From Gemmatimonas sp. (lineage in GTDB: Bacteria > Gemmatimonadota > Gemmatimonadetes > Gemmatimonadales > Gemmatimonadaceae), in NCBI GenBank assembly GCA_965279375.1, contig OZ257156.1:2432001-2496000 (forward strand): 64,000 bases of DNA. The letters are read 5' to 3'. This document shows positions 41,449 to 50,592 of this stretch, one piece after another (position 1 is the first letter of the stretch; every line of letters begins with the position of its first letter). Made by a program: the position numbers and the translations under genes. The notes under the pieces are model-generated. The model was not told the DNA's origin. It was given only the letters and a program-made list of their open reading frames with translations, and ran no database searches.

Positions 41449-42558
41449 TCAACGCTCCGCGTCCACGGGCAGGTCGAGCGTGAAGGCGATGCGCGTACCG
41501 GTCACACCGGATTCGAGGACGGCGAGCTCTCCCCCCATCGCGCTCACCAGTCGTTGGCAGATAGCCAGGCCGAGTCCCGTGCTCGAGAATCCGGACCCGG
41601 CATCGGACTCGGCGTCCGCACGCGGCAGGCCGCCGCTGAGGCGCGACAAGACGGCTGGCGGCATCCCCCGACCGGTATCCGACACGAGGAAGCGTACCGC
41701 GGTCTGAGAACACAGCGAGGCATCTACACTCACCATCCCGGCGTTCGTGTACTTCAACGCGTTGGTGACCAGATTGAGAAGAACCCGATGGAGCGCGGCT
41801 GGATGGCCGTGGCGTCGGTCGTCGGGGAGCGCGCTGCAGCGCAGGGTAATGGACTTTTCTTCGGCGACCGGTTGCACGACGTCCCGCACTGCGTGCAGCA
41901 CCTCACCGATCGAGAACTCCACGACGTGCCGCCCGACCAGCCGCGTGCAGCCTTGCGCCAGTTCCATGAGATCACTCGTCAACGCCGAGAGACCGAACGC
42001 GGCACTGTGAACCAAGCCGAGGTGTCGCTCCTGCATCGGCGACACCGGACCCGTCTGCCCACAGCGCATGCGTTCAACGAGGAACTGGATCGAGCTGAGC
42101 GGAGAGCGCATGTCGTGCGCCAGCTCCACGAGAAGCGTTGGCGTGCACGCAAGTAACTCCTGCTCGGCGGTCTGCCGGGCCAGGTCGGCGTCCAGCTGGT
42201 GGGCCAGCAGTTCGAACTGCTGCAACACCCGGATGATCGCGGTGGGCGTGATCGGCGACTCCAACGCGACGGCCAACAACTCGCGGCGGAGGCCGGACAG
42301 CAGGCGCGGACCCTGTCTCAACCATGGATGCGGCAGCAGCGATTGTGCCGGCGCGCCGCGCAACCCGGCGATCGTCTCGTCGACGAGCACACTCAGCGCC
42401 GCGGCTCCGCCAGCGGCGTCGAACCCCTCGCGCAGGGAAAGGCCGCTGGCACTCGTCTCAGCGAAGACTCGCGCCGCCGCCCCATGTAAAAGCGAGGTAA
42501 GCTGTGCCTCGTGCTCGATCTCGACCCGCGGAGCACTGCTGCAGGTAGCGGTGACCAT
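41449..42558 (-). CDS. Soluble sensor histidine kinase (HisKA + HATPase_c)
   Basis: H-box AHDMRSPL, N-box NLVTNALKYT, G1 DTGRGM, G2 GLGLAIC; no TM segment. Start uncertain (ATG 42558 has GGAG upstream). Confidence 0.82.
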   Translation of the reverse strand: MVTATCSSAPRVEIEHEAQLTSLLHGAAARVFAETSASGLSLREGFDAAGGAAALSVLVDETIAGLRGAPAQSLLPHPWLRQGPRLLSGLRRELLAVALESPITPTAIIRVLQQFELLAHQLDADLARQTAEQELLACTPTLLVELAHDMRSPLSSIQFLVERMRCGQTGPVSPMQERHLGLVHSAAFGLSALTSDLMELAQGCTRLVGRHVVEFSIGEVLHAVRDVVQPVAEEKSITLRCSALPDDRRHGHPAALHRVLLNLVTNALKYTNAGMVSVDASLCSQTAVRFLVSDTGRGMPPAVLSRLSGGLPRADAESDAGSGFSSTGLGLAICQRLVSAMGGELAVLESGVTGTRIAFTLDLPVDAER

Positions 42559-42669
42559 CCAGCTCCGACTCGGTGACGTAGTGCGGCGGTGGCCGAAACG
42601 CCAACGCTCGACACTGGACACCTCGCACGATCAAAACGTCACGGCGTGTCGCCACGCCGTCCGGTCGTC

Positions 42670-44157
42670 TCAGTCGTTGGAGCTGGTGAGCACGTCGCGT
42701 CGGTAGCCGTGCTTCTCCATCAGCCGGTAGAGCGTCGTCCGGTCGATCCCGGCCAACCGGGCCGCCTTGGACATGTTGCCCCCGGCGCGCGTGGTCAGAC
42801 GCGTCAGGTACTCCTTCTCGAACTGTGCGATGAGGCTGTCCTTCGCTGGATGGAACGCCTCGTCCAGAATCGCGGTCGGAAGTCCCGACTCAGCACTCGG
42901 CGGTACGGCGTCATCGTAGACCGGAATGTCATCCGGTGAAATCGGTCGCCCCGGCTCCGCGATGACGGCCACATGCTCGATCACGTTCTGCAACTCTCGC
43001 ACGTTACCGCGCCACGGACGTGACTGCAGAAAGGTGCGCGCTTCCGCCGTGAGCTCCGGGGCGGGCGTGCCGTGCGGACGATGCCGTTCCCAGGAGCGCG
43101 CGAGGAAATGCTCCGCCAACAACGGGATGTCCTCGAGCCGCTTCCGGAGCGGCGGCAGCTTGATCGGTACGACGCGCAGCCGGTAAAAGAGGTCTTCGCG
43201 GAGGATGCCCTGCTGCACCGCCTCCTGCGGGTCCCGATTGGTCGCCGAGACGAAGCGGACGTCGACCACGGCGTCCTGCGTCTCGCTGCCAAGTCGCCGC
43301 ACCACGCCGTCCTGCAGCACGCGAAGCAGCTTCGCCTGCAGCGGCATGGTCATCTCGGTGAGCTCGTCGAGGAAGAGCGTGCCACCATTGGCGACCTCAA
43401 GCAGGCCGGCCTTGTCGCGGTCGGCTCCGGTAAAAGCGCCCTTCCGGTAGCCGAACATCTCCGACTCGAGCAAATTTTCCGGCAGAGCCGCGCAGTTGAT
43501 CGGGACGATCTTTCGCGTGGCGCGACGGCTGTGGCGGTGGATGAACTGCGCGATGAGCTCCTTACCGGTGCCGCTTTCGCCGCTGATCATCACGGAGGCG
43601 TCCGTTGCGGCGACCTTCTGGGCCAGCTCGACCGCCTTGCGAAAGGCCGGTGACACGCCGAGCAGCTCCATCCGTTCGCCCGCACCGTTTTGCGTAACCA
43701 GGGTAGGCTTGATGTCCCGAACCGTCTCCTTGACCGCATTCACGGCGTAGGCGGCACGTCCCACGAGCACCTGCAGATGGGAGGCAGAGAACGGCTTGGG
43801 CAGGTAGTCCCAGGCGCCAGCACGGAGCGCTTCGATGCTGGAGGCCACACTGGGGTTCCCGGTCATGACGACGACGATCGTGTCCTTGTGGGCCTCAAGA
43901 GTGGTCTTGAGAACCTCCATCCCGGAGATGGGACTGAGGTAGAGATCAACCAGGACGAGGTCGAAGCGACGGCGGCGCACCAGCTCGAGCGCTTCGTCAC
44001 CACGGCCGGTGGATGACACGTTGTGCCCGTCCATCTGCAGAACCGAGGCGCACCCTTCCCGCAGCGTACGGTCGTCGTCCACCACGAGAATGCGCAGGCC
44101 GCTGCCGCGGTCTGGCACTGAAGTCGGGGGGGAGTCGGCGAGAAATGCGTCTGACAT
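42670..44157 (-). CDS. Sigma54-dependent (NtrC-family) response regulator
   Basis: Receiver (VVDDD, D, T, KP), GESGTGKE, GAFTGA, LFLDE, WRGNVRELQN and Fis-type HTH (GNMSKAARLAGIDRTTLYR). Confidence 0.95.
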   Translation of the reverse strand: MSDAFLADSPPTSVPDRGSGLRILVVDDDRTLREGCASVLQMDGHNVSSTGRGDEALELVRRRRFDLVLVDLYLSPISGMEVLKTTLEAHKDTIVVVMTGNPSVASSIEALRAGAWDYLPKPFSASHLQVLVGRAAYAVNAVKETVRDIKPTLVTQNGAGERMELLGVSPAFRKAVELAQKVAATDASVMISGESGTGKELIAQFIHRHSRRATRKIVPINCAALPENLLESEMFGYRKGAFTGADRDKAGLLEVANGGTLFLDELTEMTMPLQAKLLRVLQDGVVRRLGSETQDAVVDVRFVSATNRDPQEAVQQGILREDLFYRLRVVPIKLPPLRKRLEDIPLLAEHFLARSWERHRPHGTPAPELTAEARTFLQSRPWRGNVRELQNVIEHVAVIAEPGRPISPDDIPVYDDAVPPSAESGLPTAILDEAFHPAKDSLIAQFEKEYLTRLTTRAGGNMSKAARLAGIDRTTLYRLMEKHGYRRDVLTSSND

Positions 44158-44539
44158 CGGTGTAAGCCGTTGGAAAAGTGGACTTCCGGACTATTCTGCG
44201 TTTCGCCGACGGAACTTGATCGTCTCTTGGGACACCTAAGTCGTGCGGCGGTCGCGTCGAGTTGCAGTTGTGAGGCGTCGTGTCGACAGGCGTGGCTGAA
44301 ATCTGCCGAAACAGCGTTATTCTACCTGTGTCTTATAGTATGGAGCTGCGGGAGTCAAGAATTTCGTAGCTGACACGCGACAGTTTCCGTTTCGTGACTG
44401 CAACACCTGCCTTCTGGTAACTAATTCTGTCGCACCAGCGCGTCGTGGCGCCCGCGCTTCCGTCGCGCCATTGTGTTGACAGGATTCAACGATATCGTGG
44501 TGGTCGCACCACGTTGTTTGTCTTTAGCCCGCCTTGCTT

Positions 44540-46993
44540 ATGTCCGGAACCCAACTTCAGCCCGTCTCAGCTCCAGATGGCGGAGCGATGGCCGCATATC
44601 AGGACGGTCAGTCCGTCCAGGAATGGAACGGCGCCCAGGACGGCCCGGCCCAACCGGCTGGGCCGAAAATCGGCCGTTACATCGCCGCCCTGAAGCGATT
44701 CAAGTGGCTCATCGCGATTTTCTTCGTGGTCGGTCTCGTCGGAGGCTACGGCGCCACGACGATCATCGAGCCCGAGTACGAGGTGAAGTCCACGGTTCTG
44801 CTCGAGGTCGCGGCAGGAACCACATACGACCCGCGTGCGGCGCGCGGACCGGTGCAGGGGCAGGAACTTCTGCGCTCGGCCGGCTGGACCGATCTGATGC
44901 GTTCCTTCGCCATCGCCGATCCGGTGGTGATGCAGCTCGCGCTCTTCGTTTCCCCCTCCAAGGCGGCGGATAGCTCGGTCTTCCGGGCCTTTCGCGTGGA
45001 TCAGCAGCGACTGCGGCCGGGCGACTACGTCCTGACGCTCACCGGCAATCGGTACGCGCTGTCGCTCAAGCCGGGAGCCGAAGTCGAGAAGGGCATGGTC
45101 GGCGATTCGATCGGTCGCGACGTCGGTTTCCTGTGGCAGCCGACCGCGCAGCAGTTCAGCGGGCGCAAGGAAGTGGAGTTCCGCGTACAGACGCCGCGTG
45201 AAGCATCGCTCGCGCTCATCAAGCAGATGAACATCGTGCTGGCGACCGGTAGCTCCCTGATGTTCGTCACGCTGAGCGGCAAGAACTCGCAGCTGACCGC
45301 TGCGACGCTCAATGCGTGGGTCGATCAGTTCGTGACCAAGGCGACGGCGCTCAAGAAGAAGAACGTGATGTCGTACGCGACCATTCTGGAAGGCCAGCGG
45401 CAGTACGCGGCGGATAACCTGACCGCGGCCGAGGCCTCGCTGGAGCGGTTCCGCATTCAGACCGTCACGCAGCCCACCGAACGTCAGTCCATCCTGCCGG
45501 GCGTCGACGGAACCGGTACGCCGGTGTTCGTCGACTACTTCCGCGACAAGGCGATGTCGGAGAGCTACACGCGCGATCGTGCGGCCATCGAGCGCATTCT
45601 CGCGAAGGGGAAGGAGACCGGGGAAATTCGGCCGGAAGCGATCCTCTCCGTGCCGATCGTCTTCAACGATCCGGCGTCCGAGCCGCTGCGCCGCCTGCTG
45701 TCCGAACAGACGCAACGTGAAACGGACGTGCGCAAGTTGCAGGAGACGTACCTCGACGAAGCGCCGCAGGTGAAGTCGCAGAAGGCGTTTCTGAAGGAGC
45801 TCCGCTCGGTCACGGTGCCGCGCGCTGTCGAGTCGTATCTTGCTGAGTTGAAGCTGCGTGAAACGCAGCTGAGCGCGAACGTCGAAGCGAGCAGCCGCGA
45901 CCTGCGCTCCATCCCGATGCGCACCATTGAAGAGGCGAAGCTCAAGCGTCAGGTCGACGTGGCCGCCGAGATGTATCGCAGCCTGGACCTGAAGGCCGCC
46001 GAAGCCAAGCTGGCAGAGGCCGCGACGATTCCCGACGTCAGCGTCCTCGACTCGGCAGTCGCCCCATTGGCCCCGGCCAAGAATACGGCGCCCGTCATCA
46101 TTCTGGGTGCGGTGGCGGCGGCGCTGGCGCTCGGTGGCCTGATCGCGATCGGCCTCGATCAGTTCGACAAGCGCTTCCGCTACCCGGAGCAGGCGACCGA
46201 TGATCTCGGCCTGTTCGTGCTGGGCGTCGTGCCGCGGATCGATTCGAAGGGTGGCCGCAAGCGTCTGGCCGATCAGTCGGCGCAGGTGGTCGAGGCCTTC
46301 CGAAGTATTCGAATGAATGTGCGCTACGCGGCGGATCCGTCGCGCCCGCTCACGATGACGATCACGAGCCCGGGGCCGAACGACGGAAAGTCGCTGATCT
46401 CATCAAACCTTGCACTGTCGTTTGCCGAGTCGGGCGCTCGTACGCTGCTCATCGATGGCGACCTGCGTCGAGGCGAGCTCGCGCGCACCTTCTCGATTCC
46501 GCGCAAGCCGGGTCTCGTGGAGTACCTGGATGGCACCGCACTCCTCGGCGAAGTGCTGCATCCGGCCAAGTCGCACGTGAATCTGACGGTGATTCAGGCG
46601 GGTGCGCGTCGTCGTCGTGCCCCCGAGCTTCTGGCCACGCCGCGCTTGACGCAGCTGATCACGCAGCTGGCGGGCGAGTTCGATGTTGTCATCGTGGACT
46701 CTCCGCCGCTGGGCGCCGGTTTCGATGCGTTCGCGTTGGCGACCGCCACCGGCAACATGGCGCTGGTGATGCGCTCGGGCGTGACGGATCTGAAGATGGC
46801 CTCGGCCAAGATGGCGATCGTCGATACGCTGCCTGTGCGCGTCATGGGTGCCATCCTGAACGGCATCAAGCTCGACGGCGTGTACCAGTACTACTCGTAC
46901 TACCAGGGCTACGCCGCCGAGGAAGACGAGCAGGAGCTGCGTATCACCGATGGCGAGTCAGCCAAAGTCCCGGCCGTCGTATCGAATTCGTGA
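44540..46993 (+). CDS. wzc: Polysaccharide co-polymerase / BY-kinase (Wzc)
   Basis: Two TMs flanking a coiled periplasmic region; EAFRSIR, PGPNDGKS (Walker A), LIDGDLRR, IVDSPP; C-terminal Tyr cluster YQYYSYYQGY. Confidence 0.92.
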   Translation: MSGTQLQPVSAPDGGAMAAYQDGQSVQEWNGAQDGPAQPAGPKIGRYIAALKRFKWLIAIFFVVGLVGGYGATTIIEPEYEVKSTVLLEVAAGTTYDPRAARGPVQGQELLRSAGWTDLMRSFAIADPVVMQLALFVSPSKAADSSVFRAFRVDQQRLRPGDYVLTLTGNRYALSLKPGAEVEKGMVGDSIGRDVGFLWQPTAQQFSGRKEVEFRVQTPREASLALIKQMNIVLATGSSLMFVTLSGKNSQLTAATLNAWVDQFVTKATALKKKNVMSYATILEGQRQYAADNLTAAEASLERFRIQTVTQPTERQSILPGVDGTGTPVFVDYFRDKAMSESYTRDRAAIERILAKGKETGEIRPEAILSVPIVFNDPASEPLRRLLSEQTQRETDVRKLQETYLDEAPQVKSQKAFLKELRSVTVPRAVESYLAELKLRETQLSANVEASSRDLRSIPMRTIEEAKLKRQVDVAAEMYRSLDLKAAEAKLAEAATIPDVSVLDSAVAPLAPAKNTAPVIILGAVAAALALGGLIAIGLDQFDKRFRYPEQATDDLGLFVLGVVPRIDSKGGRKRLADQSAQVVEAFRSIRMNVRYAADPSRPLTMTITSPGPNDGKSLISSNLALSFAESGARTLLIDGDLRRGELARTFSIPRKPGLVEYLDGTALLGEVLHPAKSHVNLTVIQAGARRRRAPELLATPRLTQLITQLAGEFDVVIVDSPPLGAGFDAFALATATGNMALVMRSGVTDLKMASAKMAIVDTLPVRVMGAILNGIKLDGVYQYYSYYQGYAAEEDEQELRITDGESAKVPAVVSNS

Positions 46994-47168
46994 CGCAAGT
47001 TGCACCCTCGCTCGTCCAAATCGTGTATTACTCCGTGACGAGTCCGTCCGCGCGCCGCATCCGGCGCGCCGGCGGACTGTGGGAGCGACGCCGTGCCAGT
47101 CGTTGCACGGCTGCAACAGTCCAAAATGCCGCACCTGACGCACCGTCCTTCCACGTTTCGACCATTCG

Positions 47169-48038
47169 ATGACTGATAACGCCATGCGCATGTTGCGTCG
47201 GCCGCTTTCGCACAGAGCAGTCGTGACGACCGCCGTCCGCTCCTGGCGGCGCATGACGACCGGGCTGGCGATCTGCGCCCTGGTCGCGGGCACCGCGGTG
47301 GGGACGCTCGGCGCTCAGCAGGCGCCCGTTGTGCTCCAGCGGGCGACCCGTGCGGAGCTGACGGCCCAGATCGCGAACTTCGAGAAGCAGCTCGCCTCTG
47401 GCAGCGTGAAAGACCGGAAGAAGATGGAATCGGACCTGGCCGCTTCGAAGGTGCGGCTGGTGGAGGGTGACTTCCAGCTCGGCGATCGCTTCCTCATCAC
47501 CATCACGCAGGATGCCGTTTCGCGGTCTGACACGGCGACCGTTCGGGATAGCCTGATGGTGTCGCTGGTTGGTCTTCCTGACGTGAGCTTAAAGGGAGCA
47601 CTTCGTTCGGAACTGAACGAGCGACTCAGCACTCACGTGGCGCGTTTCTTGCGAAATTCCAGTGTGCGGACAATCGTTTTTACGCGCATCGGGATCTTCG
47701 GTGGCGTCGGGCGACCAGGCTACTACGCGGCTTCGCCCGATCAGCCGATCAGCGAGTTGTTACAGTTGGCAGGCGGACCGGCAGTGGATGCGCGCGTGAA
47801 CGAGCTGGAACTCAAGCGCAACGACAAGGTGCTGCTGTCGGCCAAGGCCGCCCGGACCGCCTTCAAGGAAGGCCGAACCCTCGAGCAGCTGGACGTTCGG
47901 TCTGGCGACGAGATCTTCGTGCCACAGAAGCGTAAAGTTAGTGCGCAGACCGTGTTTCAAATCATGTTCTTCGCCTCGTCGGTCTTCTTTGCCGTAGTGA
48001 ACTTCATCAAGTTCTACTACTCGCAGCAGCAACCGTAG
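47169..48038 (+). CDS. Polysaccharide export protein, Wza/SLBB-like
   Basis: Signal peptide; GD...I, FGGVGRPGYY, LAGG, RSGDEIFVP (SLBB) and a C-terminal hydrophobic helix. Start uncertain. Confidence 0.75.
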   Translation: MTDNAMRMLRRPLSHRAVVTTAVRSWRRMTTGLAICALVAGTAVGTLGAQQAPVVLQRATRAELTAQIANFEKQLASGSVKDRKKMESDLAASKVRLVEGDFQLGDRFLITITQDAVSRSDTATVRDSLMVSLVGLPDVSLKGALRSELNERLSTHVARFLRNSSVRTIVFTRIGIFGGVGRPGYYAASPDQPISELLQLAGGPAVDARVNELELKRNDKVLLSAKAARTAFKEGRTLEQLDVRSGDEIFVPQKRKVSAQTVFQIMFFASSVFFAVVNFIKFYYSQQQP

Positions 48039-48063
48039 TCGCCCTCAGTTCAATAATCGGTTT

Positions 48064-48873
48064 ATGGACGCGAACGAATCAGGATTTCCTATCACCATGT
48101 CCGCGCGCGCGACTCCACGTCGCTCGCGCGCGAGCACTGGTGGTGCGGAGCCGAGTACGTCCGCTCCTGATTCCTCGCGCACAAGGACGATCGTGTCCAC
48201 CGGACCCGACTGGGACTTCGAGCCGCGCGAGCGTTCGGAGATGATGTCGCTGATATTCAACCGCTCGTTCGCCGTCCTGATGTTCATCATCGCGTCGCCG
48301 CTCATGCTCCTGACGGCGATTCTGATCCGAGTGACCTCGCGCGGGCCAGTGCTGTACACGCAGACCCGCGTTGGCCTCGATCGCCGGTGGAATCCGACGC
48401 GTGCGCTGCACGAACGCCGGCGCGAAGATCTCGGTGGTACGCCCTTCACGATCTACAAGTTCCGGTCGATGCGGGTCGATGCCGAAGCGAACGGTCAGGC
48501 CGTCTGGGCGACAGAAAACGATGCGCGCGTCACGCCGGTCGGCAAGTTCATTCGCACGACCCGGCTCGATGAACTGCCACAGTTGTACAACGTCATTCGC
48601 GGTGACATGAACATCGTCGGTCCGCGACCGGAACGTCCGAGCATCTTCGTTCGCCTGCGCGAGCAGATCGACGAGTATCCGCTCCGGCAGCGTGTGCGCC
48701 CCGGGATCACGGGCATGGCGCAGGTCTATCACACGTATGACCGCTCGGTCGACGACGTCCGTCGCAAAGTGAGCTTCGACCTGGAGTACATTCGGCGCCA
48801 GTCGTTGTTCGAAGACGTCCGCATCATGATCCGCACCGTCCCGGTGATGCTGTTCCGCATCGGCGGTTGGTGA
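48064..48873 (+). CDS. Priming sugar transferase (Bac_transf; polyprenyl-phosphate glycosylphosphotransferase)
   Basis: GPVLY.Q.RVG, KFRSM, D.RVT.VG.F.R..RLDELPQL.NV..GDM..VGPRPE, PGITG.AQV. Confidence 0.93.
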   Translation: MDANESGFPITMSARATPRRSRASTGGAEPSTSAPDSSRTRTIVSTGPDWDFEPRERSEMMSLIFNRSFAVLMFIIASPLMLLTAILIRVTSRGPVLYTQTRVGLDRRWNPTRALHERRREDLGGTPFTIYKFRSMRVDAEANGQAVWATENDARVTPVGKFIRTTRLDELPQLYNVIRGDMNIVGPRPERPSIFVRLREQIDEYPLRQRVRPGITGMAQVYHTYDRSVDDVRRKVSFDLEYIRRQSLFEDVRIMIRTVPVMLFRIGGW

Positions 48874-48896
48874 CGGCGTTGGGGCGGGGCAGGATG

Positions 48897-48936
48897 AAGC
48901 GTCGTCGCGAATGACTCGCGACGGCGCTTGTTCGTT
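48897..48936 (+). terminator. Probable intrinsic terminator after the wzc-wza-sugar transferase operon
   Basis: AAGCGTCGTCGCGA-ATGAC-TCGCGACGGCGCTT hairpin followed by T-rich GTTCGTT. Confidence 0.6.
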
Positions 48937-49185
48937 CCGGGTGCCTTCTTTTGGCGCTGATCGTCTCTCCTCGACGCTGCGCAAAGCTCCGGTCGATCGA
49001 CTTTGCCTACCCGCAGCCGAACTGGCGCGTTAAGGTTGGGCTGACTTCGGCCCGTCCCATCCCACCTCGTGGGTTCACTTCTTCCCTGATTCTCGTATGC
49101 CGATCCCTCCGGCAACTCCGCTCATGTCGGTACGTTCGGCCGTTGGCCGGTGGTCGCGCGTTCCTCGCGCCGTGGTGACGCTTAC

Positions 49186-50592
49186 GTGACCCGTCTTCCC
49201 CATATCGCCGTACTGGGCGGTGGTCCCGCTGGCTGCGGCGCGGCGTACCAGTTGCGGCGCGCCGGCAAGGCGACCGTGACCATGATCGAGAAGCAGGACG
49301 TGGTCGGCGGCAACGCCGGATCGTTCCAGTGGGGTGACCAGTGGCTCGACTATGGAAGCCACCGTCTCCACCACACCGTGGCGCCAGAGATTCTTGCGGA
49401 CATCAAGCAGATGCTGGGCGACGACTTCGGCGATTTCTCGCGCCACGGTCGCATCCGGCTTCGTGGCCAGTGGCTGCACTTTCCCATCAAGACCACCGAT
49501 CTGCTGGCGCGCCTCGACAAGGGCTTCGCCTTCGGCATGCTGCGTGACGTCATCATGGGGAAGCTGGCCAAGCGGCCCGAAGGAGACACGTTTGCGTCGG
49601 TGCTGCGCAGCAATCTTGGCCCGACGATGAGCGAGCACTTCTACTTCCCCTACGGTCGAAAGATGTGGGGGCGGGAGCCAGAGGAGCTGTCGGCGATTCA
49701 GGCGCGCAAGCGCGTAACGGCGGGCAGTTTCGGGAAGCTGATCAAGCGTCTGCTCAAGCCCGTCGGTGGTGGCAACTACTACTACATGCGCGAGGGCTAC
49801 GGGCAGATCTCGCGCGCGTATGCGCAGAATGCCGACAAGCTGGGTGCGGAGCTCGCGCTGGGCTGGGGCGCGACGCGTATCGAGCCGTCGCCGGTGGAAG
49901 GGTATACGTGGCGTATCACGATGACGCGCGGTGACGAGCAGCGAACGATCGATGCGGACTACATCTGGTCGACGATTCCGATCACGCTGCTGGCGGGGAT
50001 GATGTCCACGCCGCCCGACGCATCGGTGATGGCAGCGGCGAAGCAGATCGAGTATCGCGCCATGGTGCTCGTGTACGTCAAGCTGCCGGTGCACCAGTAC
50101 ACCACGACCGACGCGCACTACTTCCCGGAAGAGAATGTGCGGGTGACGCGGCTGTCTGAACCGAAGAACTATTTCCGTTCGACGTCACCGCAGGGGACGA
50201 CCGTGTTGTGCGGCGAATATCCATGCACGATCGGTGATGAGCTGTGGACTGGCACGGACGCGCAGTTGGCGGAGCGCATGGCCAAGGACGCAGCAACGGC
50301 GGGGATTCCGTTTCCGGCCAAGCCGACCGATGTGCTCATTCGGCGGCTGCCGCAGGCGTACCCGATCTACCTGCGCGGCTACGAAGTGCCGCTCGGCGTG
50401 CTCGATGACTGGGCCGCGTCGCAGCGCAACATTCTCGTCTACGGCCGCCAGGGGTTGTTCGCGCACGACAACACGCACCACGCGCTCTACATGGCCTACT
50501 CGGCCGTCGATTGCCTGAACGGGATGGCGTTCGATCAGCGCAAATGGGGTGAGTATCGGCAAGTCTTCAAGACGCATGTCGTCGAAGACTGA
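49186..50592 (+). CDS. FAD-dependent oxidoreductase, UGM/protoporphyrinogen-oxidase-like family
   Basis: IAVLGGGPAG, VGG, DYGSH, PY..KMWG, YFPE....TRL.EPKN, AYPIY and GRQGLF..DN.HH. Start GTG 49186 chosen. Confidence 0.78.
   Translation: MTRLPHIAVLGGGPAGCGAAYQLRRAGKATVTMIEKQDVVGGNAGSFQWGDQWLDYGSHRLHHTVAPEILADIKQMLGDDFGDFSRHGRIRLRGQWLHFPIKTTDLLARLDKGFAFGMLRDVIMGKLAKRPEGDTFASVLRSNLGPTMSEHFYFPYGRKMWGREPEELSAIQARKRVTAGSFGKLIKRLLKPVGGGNYYYMREGYGQISRAYAQNADKLGAELALGWGATRIEPSPVEGYTWRITMTRGDEQRTIDADYIWSTIPITLLAGMMSTPPDASVMAAAKQIEYRAMVLVYVKLPVHQYTTTDAHYFPEENVRVTRLSEPKNYFRSTSPQGTTVLCGEYPCTIGDELWTGTDAQLAERMAKDAATAGIPFPAKPTDVLIRRLPQAYPIYLRGYEVPLGVLDDWAASQRNILVYGRQGLFAHDNTHHALYMAYSAVDCLNGMAFDQRKWGEYRQVFKTHVVED

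Noticed and set aside
44446..44461. TGGCGC…TTCC as a sigma54 -24/-12 promoter for wzc (also TGGTGCGGCTTGC before the exosortase)
   Set aside because: GG-N10-GC spacing or the GC dinucleotide is not satisfied.
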